Positions 9,187 through 17,948 of a stretch of DNA of 57,093 bases are shown in pieces (position 1 is the stretch's first letter; each line of letters begins with the position of its first letter). A program made the position numbers and the translations under genes. The stretch comes from Gemmatimonadota bacterium (GTDB lineage: Bacteria > Gemmatimonadota > Gemmatimonadetes > Longimicrobiales > Gaopeijiaceae), in the NCBI GenBank assembly GCA_039589315.1, contig JBDHHQ010000026.1, positions 1 through 57,093 of the forward strand. Direction: 5' to 3'. Below the pieces are notes generated by a model. That model did no database searches. It saw nothing but the letters and a program-made list of their open reading frames with translations, and was not told where the DNA came from.

Positions 9187-10370
9187 GGTTCGGGATCGCC
9201 GGCTGGATGGCGATGGCGGGGGCATCGTGCCTGTCCGGTTGTGCGCTGGGCTACACGATGGGGACTGCGGAGCCGGATCCGGTCTGTCCGGGGGCCACCT
9301 CCAATCCGCTGGCCGCCGCTCAGGCCGACAGGTCCCGCGACCCCATCGCCTGGTTCGGACCCACGAACAGTGGGGACCGGGCGAAGCTGGACGCCTGGTG
9401 TGCCACCGTGGGCGCTCCCATCGTTCGCCTGGACCCGGGCGGCGCGAGCACGTCGCCGGCCGGAGCTCGGACGCTCACGGTGGTCGCGTGGAACGTGTCG
9501 GTGGGTACGGGGGACGTGCCGGCCTTCCTCGCGGCCGAGCTCGGCCATGAATGCGGGGCGGGGCGGACGCCCCCGGCCTCCCGTCGACCCTTCGTGCTCC
9601 TGTTGCAGGAGGCCCTTCGGCGGTCCGCCCGCATGCCGGATCTACTCCCCCAGCCCAGCATTCCGTGGCGGCTGGGTCCGGAAGAGCGGCCCGGCGAGAT
9701 CCTGGACATCGCCCAGGTCGCCGAGCGCTGCGGACTCTCGCTGGTGTACGTGCCGTCGTCCAGGAACGGCCCCCAGACCGAGGACGGCCTGCGGGAGGAC
9801 CGGGGCAACGCGGTGCTGTCCACGCTTCCGCTGGCGGAGCCCACCGCCATCGAGCTCCCCTTCGAGGCGGGCAGGAAGGTGGCAGTGGCCGCGACCGTGG
9901 CGGGCCCGGGCGGTCCGGTCCGCGTCGTCAGCCTGCACCTCGACGTCGCTTCCACGCTGCTCCGCACATTGCTGACCGGGAACGGTACGCGGATCCGCCA
10001 GGCGGAGGCGTTGGCCGATGCCCTCGAGGTGATGGAGCCCGCTCTTCCGACCGTGGCCGGTGGCGACTTCAACACGTGGTCGGAGACCGAGACGGCGCTA
10101 CGCCGCTTCGCGGTTCGGTTTCCCGACTCGCCGCCCGCCGATCCCACGCCCACGCGCACGCATTTCCCCACGGACCACATCTTCTTCCGCCAGGGGGAGT
10201 GGGGAGACGGGGGAACCGTCACGGAGAGCTACGGGCGCGTGCCGGAGCGCTACCACTCGGACCATCACCCCCGCGTGCTCGAGCTGGCGGCGTCGGGTCC
10301 CGCTCAGGGCGATCCCTCACCGGCAAGGATCCCGGTACGGCGGTGGTCCGTGTCGACGAGCTCCCGGTAG
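9183..10370 (+). CDS. endonuclease/exonuclease/phosphatase (EEP) family lipoprotein
   Basis: EEP motifs WNV, LLQE, GNAVLS, HL, GGDFN, DHIF and SDH; lipobox-like LSGC. GTG start at 9183 overlaps the upstream TGA. Confidence 0.85.
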   Translation: MRFGIAGWMAMAGASCLSGCALGYTMGTAEPDPVCPGATSNPLAAAQADRSRDPIAWFGPTNSGDRAKLDAWCATVGAPIVRLDPGGASTSPAGARTLTVVAWNVSVGTGDVPAFLAAELGHECGAGRTPPASRRPFVLLLQEALRRSARMPDLLPQPSIPWRLGPEERPGEILDIAQVAERCGLSLVYVPSSRNGPQTEDGLREDRGNAVLSTLPLAEPTAIELPFEAGRKVAVAATVAGPGGPVRVVSLHLDVASTLLRTLLTGNGTRIRQAEALADALEVMEPALPTVAGGDFNTWSETETALRRFAVRFPDSPPADPTPTRTHFPTDHIFFRQGEWGDGGTVTESYGRVPERYHSDHHPRVLELAASGPAQGDPSPARIPVRRWSVSTSSR

Positions 10371-10558
10371 AAGTCACGCTCGGCCTCCAGACGATGGAAG
10401 CGGCTCGAGAGATCCTCCACCATCTCTCGGATCCGAGCCAGCTCCACTCGCGTGTCTTCGTCGGACGACCAGCCCCGGCCGCAGCGTGCCCGATTGCGGG
10501 ACCGACCCATGAAGGCGAACGCCGCGAAGAACAGCAGAAAGAGCATTCCCGTCGACAT
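10304..10558 (-). CDS. small membrane-anchored coiled-coil protein (PspB-like architecture)
   Basis: N-terminal hydrophobic helix followed by a coiled coil (RFHRLEAERDFYRELV). Starts 6 nt after the padR stop. Confidence 0.65.
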   Translation of the reverse strand: MSTGMLFLLFFAAFAFMGRSRNRARCGRGWSSDEDTRVELARIREMVEDLSSRFHRLEAERDFYRELVDTDHRRTGILAGEGSP

Positions 10559-10564
10559 CTTCCC

Positions 10565-11152
10565 TCAGCCCCCTTTCGACGTGTTGTCACCCGCGCCGGA
10601 TGAAGCGCCGCGCCGCGCCCGACGCATCTCACGGTTGGCTCCTTCGAGCACCTCGATCATACGGTCCAGGGTCTCCCTACTGGCCGGGCCGCGCATGGCG
10701 CCCTCGAAGGTCGTCTGAGCCAGCCGGCGAAAGGCCCGAGAGAGATCCCGCATGCCGTCACCGAAGAACGTGCCGGTGAAGCTGGCGACCCGGTCGAACA
10801 CGTCGTCGACGGTGTCCTCGTTCTCGGCCAGGTAGTCGCGCCCAGCCTCGGTGATCCGATAGACCCGCTTGCCTTCCGTCTTGTCGGAGGTCAGGTACCC
10901 CTCGTCCTCCAGCATTTGCAGGGTGGGGTAGACCGAGCCCGGGCTCGCCTGGTACGCACCGTGGGACTCCTCTTCGAGGGCTTTCATGACCTCATAGCCG
11001 TGCATGGGGCGGTCGGCGATGAGACGGAGAATCACGAATTTGAGGTCGCCCCGCTCGAAGACCCGCCACTTGAAGCGCCGACCCGACTTGCGCCGGTGGC
11101 GCGGGGGGCCGAAGCCGAATCCGAACCCGAAGCAATCATCGAAGTCCCGCAT
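10565..11152 (-). CDS. PadR family transcriptional regulator (YqjI-like)
   Basis: GDLKFVIL..PMHGYEVMK...SPGSVYPTLQMLEDEG...KRVYRITEAG; SD GAGGGG before ATG 11152. Confidence 0.93.
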   Translation of the reverse strand: MRDFDDCFGFGFGFGPPRHRRKSGRRFKWRVFERGDLKFVILRLIADRPMHGYEVMKALEEESHGAYQASPGSVYPTLQMLEDEGYLTSDKTEGKRVYRITEAGRDYLAENEDTVDDVFDRVASFTGTFFGDGMRDLSRAFRRLAQTTFEGAMRGPASRETLDRMIEVLEGANREMRRARRGASSGAGDNTSKGG

Positions 11153-11180
11153 GGTACTCCCCTCAGACGTCAGGTAGAAG

Positions 11181-11215
11181 CGATATATCTTCCGATATGT
11201 CGTAGCGATATATCG
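11181..11215. promoter_or_regulatory. three tandem CGATATATCG-type palindromes, putative PadR autoregulatory operator
   Basis: CGATATATCT at 11181-90, CGATATGTCG at 11193-202 and CGATATATCG at 11206-15, forming an AT-rich island just upstream of padR. Confidence 0.75.
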
Positions 11216-11390
11216 GAAAATAGTGTCGCACCCTCGACGAAACAAGTCGGTAACGCTGCGCCGGCTGGCTGCCGCCCTGCGTGCGGATCGCCGCGGTCAG
11301 GCAACATCTCGCGCCTCGGCGGCGACACTGTGAGGGGGCCCAAAGCCCTCGTTTGTAACGATTTGGACCGGGCGACGGCGTTTCCGGCCC

Positions 11391-11406
11391 TGGCCCGGAA
11401 GATGCT
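11391..11406 (+). promoter_or_regulatory. putative sigma54 -24/-12 promoter
   Basis: TGGCCCGGAAGATGCT has GG-N10-GC spacing and lies about 70 nt upstream of the receiver gene. Confidence 0.4.
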
Positions 11407-11476
11407 GGCCCATGGAGGGTGCAAGGGTTATCCTGTCCCTATCGAACTCGCCTGACACAGCGGGAAGATCCAGGAG

Positions 11477-11902
11477 GTGTCCGTGGCCGAGGGGACTCCC
11501 ACAGGGGATCAGGGCCCCCGTACGGTGCTACTCGTCGACGACGACGACGACCTGCGTCGGACGTTGGTCTCCGCACTGAACAAGGGTGGATACCGCGTCA
11601 TCGACGCGGACTCCGCGGAGCGTGGGCTCCAACTGGCGGAGACCGCCAAGGGCCCCATCGATCTGGCGTTCCTGGACATCATGCTGCCCGACTCCTGGGG
11701 TGCGCAGCTCGTGCCGGCGCTGCGCATGGCGCACCCGGACATCCGCGTGATCTTCATGTCGGGCTACACCGACACCGACCCCGTCCTCCGGGCGGCCATC
11801 GGCAGTGAAACGGCCTTCCTGGCCAAGCCGTTCGACGTGGCCGAGCTGCTCGCCCTGGTGGAGGAGGTCTTGGCTGCGGAGGCCGAGCCCGGCGAGGGCT
11901 GA
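11477..11902 (+). CDS. single-domain response regulator (receiver)
   Basis: LLVDDDD, LDIMLPD (phospho-Asp), FMSGY and FLAKPF; SD AGGAG. Confidence 0.92.
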   Translation: MSVAEGTPTGDQGPRTVLLVDDDDDLRRTLVSALNKGGYRVIDADSAERGLQLAETAKGPIDLAFLDIMLPDSWGAQLVPALRMAHPDIRVIFMSGYTDTDPVLRAAIGSETAFLAKPFDVAELLALVEEVLAAEAEPGEG

Positions 11903-11925
11903 TCCGCCAGATCAGACAGGACGAC

Positions 11926-11985
11926 GAAGCGCCGGCGCTCTAGTGCGGGGTCGCCGGCGCTTCTCATGGCCTGTTTCGACAGGCC
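11926..11985. terminator. two hairpins between convergent genes (probable bidirectional terminator)
   Basis: 12-bp stem GAAGCGCCGGCG/CGCCGGCGCTTC at 11926-63, and GGCCTGT-TTCG-ACAGGCC at 11968-85. Confidence 0.65.
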
Positions 11986-11991
11986 GGTGGC

Positions 11992-12636
11992 TCAGCCTTT
12001 CACGCAGACCGACTGGCCGGCGGCGGCCGCCTCGATGACGGCGAGGACCTCTTCCATCGTGGAGCGGCCGGCGTCCTCCCTGTACCACGCCATCTTCTGC
12101 GGCATGAAGTCGTCACCCAGACGCTCACGGTTCTCCAGGGCCCAAGCCTGCAGGCTGGAGGGCCGTTCGACCCAGCAGCCGACCTCCTTGTACGTGCGGT
12201 CGAGAACGAGGACCGTGGGCGTTGCGGGGCGGCCGTCCGGTGTCAGGTGTGATTCCATGATGGCCTCTCCCACTTCGGAGTCCGCCACCCTCAGCTCCAA
12301 GGCTGGTGCGGCGTCGGCGAGGAGGGCGAGGAAGGGGATGGTGTTCACGGAGTCGCTGCACCAGTCCTCGGCGATCGCCAGGATCCGCCATGTGCCGTCG
12401 ACCGCCCGTGCGCGCTCCAGGATGTCCTCGGGCACGGCACCCTGGACGTAGTGCTCGGTCCACAGGTTCTTCCGCCTCGTCGCCTGCTCCAGGAAATCCT
12501 GGAAGGTCACCCCCTGCTCGTAGATCTCCTGCAGGGACTCGTCGGCGTCGGCGCTCCGCTCGTCCGGCCCGCACCCCGGTAGCACGGCGGCCGGAAGCAC
12601 GGCCAGCACGGCGAGGGCGAGGGTCGGCAGCGCCAT
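11992..12636 (-). CDS. thioredoxin-like (Thioredoxin_9 type) lipoprotein
   Basis: AEDWCSDS motif, ATPT cis-Pro loop, WVERP and lipobox LPGC. ATG at 12636 overlaps the upstream stop. Confidence 0.85.
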   Translation of the reverse strand: MALPTLALAVLAVLPAAVLPGCGPDERSADADESLQEIYEQGVTFQDFLEQATRRKNLWTEHYVQGAVPEDILERARAVDGTWRILAIAEDWCSDSVNTIPFLALLADAAPALELRVADSEVGEAIMESHLTPDGRPATPTVLVLDRTYKEVGCWVERPSSLQAWALENRERLGDDFMPQKMAWYREDAGRSTMEEVLAVIEAAAAGQSVCVKG

Positions 12637-13958
12637 CACGCGTTCCCCTGCGCGGGTACGCCGTGGCGCGAGGCGTGGGTCATGGCGTCGATGAAGCGAT
12701 CCAGCTCTTCCGGCGTCGTGTAGACGCTGGGAGAAACGCGGATCCCGGGGCACTCCTCATGTCCGATGGCCACGGTGAAGATCCGGTGCTCGGCCCACAG
12801 CCAAGCCGCCAGGTCTCCGGGGGTGGTACCCTCGATCCCCACGTTGGCGATGCCGCAGGCGAAGCCGGGTCGGAGGCTCGTATTCAGGTAGACGCCCTCG
12901 AGCTCCAGCAGTGGCTTCGTCCAGTAGTCCCTCAGGTGCACGAGCCTCGCGGCCTTCCGGGCCCCACCGATGGCCTGGTGGAACGTCAGTGCTTCCGCGA
13001 CGGCCAGGAAGTTGGCTTCCGGGTGCGTTCCGATTTCCTCGAACTTCCGGATGTCTTCGTCCTTGGCCTCGGGAGCGGCCATGAGTGGCCAGACGCCGGC
13101 GATCCTGTCCCGCCGCACGTACAGCAACCCGTTGCCGATGGGAGCGAAGAGCCACTTGTGCAGGCTCGTCGAGTAGTTGTCACAGTCGAGGTCGGATATC
13201 TTGAAGTCGAAGTGGGCCAGAGCGTGAGCGCCGTCCACGATGACCGGGATGCCTCGCGCCCGCGCCATGGCCACCACGTCCCGGACCGGCAAGATCTGGC
13301 CGGTGATGTTGATCATGTGGCACATCAGGATCAGGCGCGTCCGATCGGTGATGGCCGCCTCGAACCGGCGGACGACCTCCGCGTCGTCTTCAGCCGGCGT
13401 GGGAATCTTGATCTGCTCGAGGACGACCCCCTCCCTGCGCTCCCGCTGGTGGAAGGTGGTGATCATCCGCCCGTAGTCCTGCGTCGTGGTCACGATCTCG
13501 TCGCCGGCCCGCAGATCGTGGCCGAACTGCAGCGTCTGCAGGCTCTCGGAGGCGTTGCGCGTCAGCGCTACCTCTTCGGTATCCACGCCCCACTCCCGAG
13601 CCATGCGTTGGCGTACGCCCTCGCGCTGGGGCTCGAGAATCTGCCAGCCGTTGTAGACCGGGATCTGGTTGGCGAAGTCGAGGTGCCGCTTCATGGCGTC
13701 CAGCGCGAACGCCGGTGCGGGGCTGACGCCGCCGTTGTTCAGGTTGACCAGACTCCGGTCCACCGTGAAGGCCTGCTGGACGCGTACCCAGAAGTCCTCG
13801 TCCGCAGCCGTCTCCGCCGGGCCCCCGGGATGATCCAACAGGTCACGGATCCGATCGGGCCAATCGGGGCGAAAGCGTGGGGGCGCGAGGGGGACTCCAG
13901 CCACCGCTGCCGCTGCGGGGATACCCATTACGCCCAGGAACTGCCGACGGCTCTGCAT
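12636..13958 (-). CDS. Tat-exported class V aminotransferase-fold PLP enzyme (CefD/C-S lyase-like)
   Basis: SRRQFLG twin-arginine signal; NLNNGG, TRNASESL, VDGAH, SLHKW (PLP Lys) and IRVSP motifs. Confidence 0.88.
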   Translation of the reverse strand: MQSRRQFLGVMGIPAAAAVAGVPLAPPRFRPDWPDRIRDLLDHPGGPAETAADEDFWVRVQQAFTVDRSLVNLNNGGVSPAPAFALDAMKRHLDFANQIPVYNGWQILEPQREGVRQRMAREWGVDTEEVALTRNASESLQTLQFGHDLRAGDEIVTTTQDYGRMITTFHQRERREGVVLEQIKIPTPAEDDAEVVRRFEAAITDRTRLILMCHMINITGQILPVRDVVAMARARGIPVIVDGAHALAHFDFKISDLDCDNYSTSLHKWLFAPIGNGLLYVRRDRIAGVWPLMAAPEAKDEDIRKFEEIGTHPEANFLAVAEALTFHQAIGGARKAARLVHLRDYWTKPLLELEGVYLNTSLRPGFACGIANVGIEGTTPGDLAAWLWAEHRIFTVAIGHEECPGIRVSPSVYTTPEELDRFIDAMTHASRHGVPAQGNA

Positions 13959-14317
13959 GACCGATCTCCTTGGGTCTGAAAACGTCGCCTCGTCGGGGCC
14001 GTCTCAGGTATACCGGGCCGGTCGTCGTCTGTCTACCCGTCGTTCAAGTGTTGCGGGGCCCTCCCGATACTGGCCCGGAAGGTCTTCTCGAGGGTCCGCC
14101 GGCATTCCGGCCGTGACTCGCAAGGCGTCTGCAGCACGAGATAGACGCATGCGGTTGATCCCGACTCTCGTCCCCCGTGACGGAACAAACGGTCACCTCG
14201 CTGGCTAGAACGGCGCGAAGCTGCGTCCCCGTGCCGCGTGCTGCGAGGGGCCCGCGGGCCGTGTCGCCACGTGCCTGGCGGGCACTCGTCTTGCCGGCTG
14301 CCCACGCCAGCGTGCGA

Positions 14318-16456
14318 ATGAACTACAACCTCTGCCGATTCGGGACCGTTGACTCGGCGCCGGTGAGACGTGCGAGGCCTTCCCTCGCTGGCGGTCCGCT
14401 ATTCCTGGCGGCCGTGGTTGGGTGGTCCACGCCGCCCGCGCAGCTCCGGGCCCAGGAGATCCGGGACACGCTGACCAGCGACGCGGTTGCGCAGGACACC
14501 GTCTTCACGCTGCAGGGCGTGACCGTCAACATCACTCGCCCGGTTGCCACGTCGGGGGGGAGCTCCGCGGTCGATATTCCCCTGGACTCCCTCCACGTCG
14601 CGCCGGCACCCACCCTCGAGCAGGTCCTCAGGACCGTCCCGCTCATCCAGATCCGGGAGAACTCACGAGGCGAGGCCCAACCCTCGCTGCGAGGTTCGGA
14701 TGACCGGCAGATCGCCGTCCTGGTGGACGGCATCCCGTTGACCCTCGGGTGGGATCACCGAACGGACCTGTCCGTGATCCCCCTCACCGCCATCCAGGAC
14801 ATCCGGCTGATCCGGGGCCTGTCGTCGGTGCTCTACGGGCCCAACGTGTTGGGGGGCGTCATATCCGTGAACGTCGCGCGCGGCTCCGGCCGTCGCGACG
14901 CGCCGGAGCCATTGATGTTCACAGGTGGCGTCGATCAGACAGGAGCCACGCAGCTCGGGGGGACCGGGGGGGGGTTGCTGGAGGGTGGCGCCGGACAGTG
15001 GTTGATCCGGGGCGGGCTCGGTCACCGACGCAGGGACGGAGATCCGCTGTCGGACCGGCTGACGCTCGAGTCGCCGGACCAGGAGGAGCTCCTGTCGTCG
15101 GACGGAAGCCTCAGGCTCAATAGTGACATGCGACACTTCGACGGCTTCCTCTCGGCACGGTACCAGGGCGACGGCGGAGGATGGCTGTCCATGGGTGCGT
15201 CGGGGTATTCCGCCGAGCGAGGCGTCCCACCGGAGGTGAACGAGGACGAACCCAGGCTGTGGCGCTATCCGGAGCAGTGGCGCGCGCTGGCGGCCGTGAC
15301 CGGTGGCACGGGGCAGCGCACGACGGCATGGGGCGAAGGCGACGTGGAGGCGAGCTTCGGCCTCGATGCGCAGCACAACGTGATCGACGAGTATGCGACA
15401 CCCGCGTACAGCCAGATCGTGGGCGGGGAGACCGGCGACACACGGACGTTGACGGCCCGGCTGCTCGGCGAGCACACCGCAGGGGACCGGGGCCAGCTGC
15501 GCGCTTCACTGACCTACGGCGACGTTCACCACGACGAGGTCCTGAAACCCGAGGATCTGCGCTCGAAGTATCGCCAACGCCTCTGGAGCTTCGGCGCGGA
15601 GGGCGACTGGGGTGTGGGGGCCGCTGGCACGACACGGATCAGCGCTGGTGCGGTGGTGGACGGCTCCGACACGCCCGAGTCCGGGGACAAGCCTCCCGTC
15701 GGCGCGCTGTGGGACTGGGGCGCCCGGGTCGGCGCGTCGTCCCTGGTGGGAGATGGGAGCGTACTGCTCCATGGCTCACTGAGCCGCCGGACCCGCTTTC
15801 CCTCGTTGCGGGAGCTCTACTCCGGGGCTCTGGGCCGCTTCCTGCCCAACCCGGAACTCAGGCCCGAGTCGCTCCTCGGCGCAGAGCTCGGCGTCACCCT
15901 GAGTGGGGCGATAGGCGAGGTCCAGGTGGTGGGATTCCATCACCGCATCGAAGACGGCATCGTCCGGATTTCGGTCCAAACGGACGAGGGCTCGAAGCGC
16001 CAGCGCGTGAATCAGGACCGGATCCGGGCGACCGGCCTCGAGCTGCTGGCCACCGGATCGCTGGGCGGCCTCGAGTACTCGGGTGACCTGACGCTCCAGA
16101 GGGTGCGGCTCCAGGAGGAGGACGGCTCGCAGGCGAGGGCCGAGTATCAGCCGGATTGGGCGGGTAAGCTGGCGTTGGGCGGCGGTCTGCCCTGGGAGTT
16201 CCAATGGACGGCCGGTGCCCGCTTCATCGGCCAGCAGTTCTGCACCACCACCACCGAGTCGGGTTCCGACACCCTCGACGTCAGCGGAGCGCTGGACCTG
16301 GGCCTTCGCCGCAAATTCCCGCTGCGCGGCGGAGGGACGCTGACCAACCTGGACCTGCTGGCTGCCGTGGACAACGTCACGGACGCCGCCTATTACGATC
16401 AGTGCGGGCTGCCACGGCCGGGCCGCAGACTCAGGCTTCAGTTCCGGCTGTTCTAG
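14318..16456 (+). CDS. TonB-dependent receptor
   Basis: Plug motifs (LRG..RQIAVLVDGIPL, IRGLSSVLYGPNVLGGVI), NPELRPE, DNVTD..Y and a C-terminal Phe. Start uncertain. Confidence 0.92.
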   Translation: MNYNLCRFGTVDSAPVRRARPSLAGGPLFLAAVVGWSTPPAQLRAQEIRDTLTSDAVAQDTVFTLQGVTVNITRPVATSGGSSAVDIPLDSLHVAPAPTLEQVLRTVPLIQIRENSRGEAQPSLRGSDDRQIAVLVDGIPLTLGWDHRTDLSVIPLTAIQDIRLIRGLSSVLYGPNVLGGVISVNVARGSGRRDAPEPLMFTGGVDQTGATQLGGTGGGLLEGGAGQWLIRGGLGHRRRDGDPLSDRLTLESPDQEELLSSDGSLRLNSDMRHFDGFLSARYQGDGGGWLSMGASGYSAERGVPPEVNEDEPRLWRYPEQWRALAAVTGGTGQRTTAWGEGDVEASFGLDAQHNVIDEYATPAYSQIVGGETGDTRTLTARLLGEHTAGDRGQLRASLTYGDVHHDEVLKPEDLRSKYRQRLWSFGAEGDWGVGAAGTTRISAGAVVDGSDTPESGDKPPVGALWDWGARVGASSLVGDGSVLLHGSLSRRTRFPSLRELYSGALGRFLPNPELRPESLLGAELGVTLSGAIGEVQVVGFHHRIEDGIVRISVQTDEGSKRQRVNQDRIRATGLELLATGSLGGLEYSGDLTLQRVRLQEEDGSQARAEYQPDWAGKLALGGGLPWEFQWTAGARFIGQQFCTTTTESGSDTLDVSGALDLGLRRKFPLRGGGTLTNLDLLAAVDNVTDAAYYDQCGLPRPGRRLRLQFRLF

Positions 16457-16592
16457 TGTGGAGGCGCCGTAACAGGCCTCGCGAGGTTCGAGGTCTCCCG
16501 GCTCGGATCCCGTCGCGGCGGCGGCTCTGGGTTCGACGCGCCTGAGCCACTACCTTCGTGACGGCCTTCGACCGGCGAACCTCCTTCGGACC

Positions 16593-17537
16593 ATGATCCG
16601 CGTCATTCTCCTCGGCACCTCCGCCGCCCGTCCCACGATCCGTCGCAACGTCAGCGGCATCGCCATTCAGCGCGAGGGGGACCTGATGCTGTTCGACTGC
16701 GGCGAGGGAACGCAGCGGCAGATGATGCGCTTCAATACGGGCTTTGGCGTCGGGGAGGTCTACTTCACGCACATGCACGCGGACCACTTTCTCGGGGTCA
16801 CCGGGCTGCTTCGCACCATGGCGCTCCAGGGACGCACCGATCCCCTTCGTCTCTTCGGTCCACGGGGCTCCGAGCCCGTGATCCGAACGGCGGTGAGGCT
16901 CGGTGTCGAGCGCGTGCCCTTCGAGATCTGTGTCGAGGAGCGACAGCCGGGCCAGGCCGTGAAGAAGGAGGGCTATGCGGTCGTTCCGTTCAACGTCCGT
17001 CACGGTACGCACGCCGTCGGATGGGCCCTGGTCGAGGACGAGCGCCTCGGCCGGTTCGACGTGGAGCGCGCCCGAGCCCTGGGCGTCCCGGAGGGCCCCC
17101 TTTTCGGGCGCCTGCACCGGGGGGAGCCCGTGGAGGTGAACGGTCGGACCGTTGCACCCGAGGATGTCGTGGGACCGAGCAGGCCGGGGAGGAAGGTCGT
17201 GTACACGGGGGATACCAGTCCCAGCAGTGGGACGGTGGCAATGGCTCGTGGAGCGGACCTGCTGATTCACGACGCGACGTTCAGCGTCGAGGAAGAGCAG
17301 CGGGCGCGGGAGACGTATCACACGACGGCTCGGGGGGCGGCGAGCGTTGCCCGAGAGGCGGGGGCCAAGCGGCTCGTGCTCACCCACCTTTCGGCTCGGT
17401 ATGCCGACAACCCCGCAGTGCTGGAGCGGGAAGCCCGATCCGTCTTTGCCGGGGCCCAGGTGGCTCACGACGGGATGGTGGTCGAGATCCCCTACCCACC
17501 TGATGAGCCGGGACCCTCGGCGAAGGCTGACGCGTGA
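16593..17537 (+). CDS. rnz: ribonuclease Z
   Basis: LGTSAARP, FDCGEGTQRQ, THMHADH, an exosite GVPEGPLFG, YTGDT and LTHLSARY. Confidence 0.96.
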   Translation: MIRVILLGTSAARPTIRRNVSGIAIQREGDLMLFDCGEGTQRQMMRFNTGFGVGEVYFTHMHADHFLGVTGLLRTMALQGRTDPLRLFGPRGSEPVIRTAVRLGVERVPFEICVEERQPGQAVKKEGYAVVPFNVRHGTHAVGWALVEDERLGRFDVERARALGVPEGPLFGRLHRGEPVEVNGRTVAPEDVVGPSRPGRKVVYTGDTSPSSGTVAMARGADLLIHDATFSVEEEQRARETYHTTARGAASVAREAGAKRLVLTHLSARYADNPAVLEREARSVFAGAQVAHDGMVVEIPYPPDEPGPSAKADA

Positions 17538-17920
17538 GCGGCTTCGTCCCGTCGAGGCCGTCCACCCAGGGGTCCAGGGACGAGCCTACGACGCTCTTCG
17601 ACCCCCGTCTGCACGAGGCCTGGCAGGAGCAGCGGTGGGAGCTTCGTGCGGCTCAATGGCGCGCACTGGCGCTGGCGGAGCGAGTCTTCGGCGCGGGGGT
17701 GCGGGCATCCCTGTCGGGCAGCGCACTGGAGGGAGCTTTTCGGGCCCTCCTTCATCTGGACGTGCCCTTCGACTGCATCGATCGCCACCGGGATCTGGAG
17801 GCCCGTTTTACCGCGGCGGCCGGGATGGACCCCGTGCTGGTACGGGTCCCCTTCATTTACGTGTTCTCGGGTGTCGAGCCGGATAGAGGCGGTCGCGGCG
17901 CGCTGACTCCGGAGCTGTAG
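17534..17920 (+). CDS. hypothetical protein
   Basis: GTGA overlap with rnz and fills the gap to tyrA. No motif recognised. Confidence 0.6.
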   Translation: MSGFVPSRPSTQGSRDEPTTLFDPRLHEAWQEQRWELRAAQWRALALAERVFGAGVRASLSGSALEGAFRALLHLDVPFDCIDRHRDLEARFTAAAGMDPVLVRVPFIYVFSGVEPDRGGRGALTPEL

Positions 17921-17948
17921 TGAGGACCCGGCTTCCACGGGCGACGGC

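Noticed and set aside
11960..11994. Selenocysteine readthrough of the thioredoxin gene's TGA with a SECIS-like hairpin
   Set aside because: The hairpin loop is only about 13 nt from the UGA, the readthrough frame runs antisense into the receiver gene, and the hairpins fit a terminator better.
13960..14317. Cobalamin or other riboswitch upstream of the TonB receptor
   Set aside because: Only a partial GCCCCGCAAC occurs, on the opposite strand. The B12 box and other conserved elements are absent.
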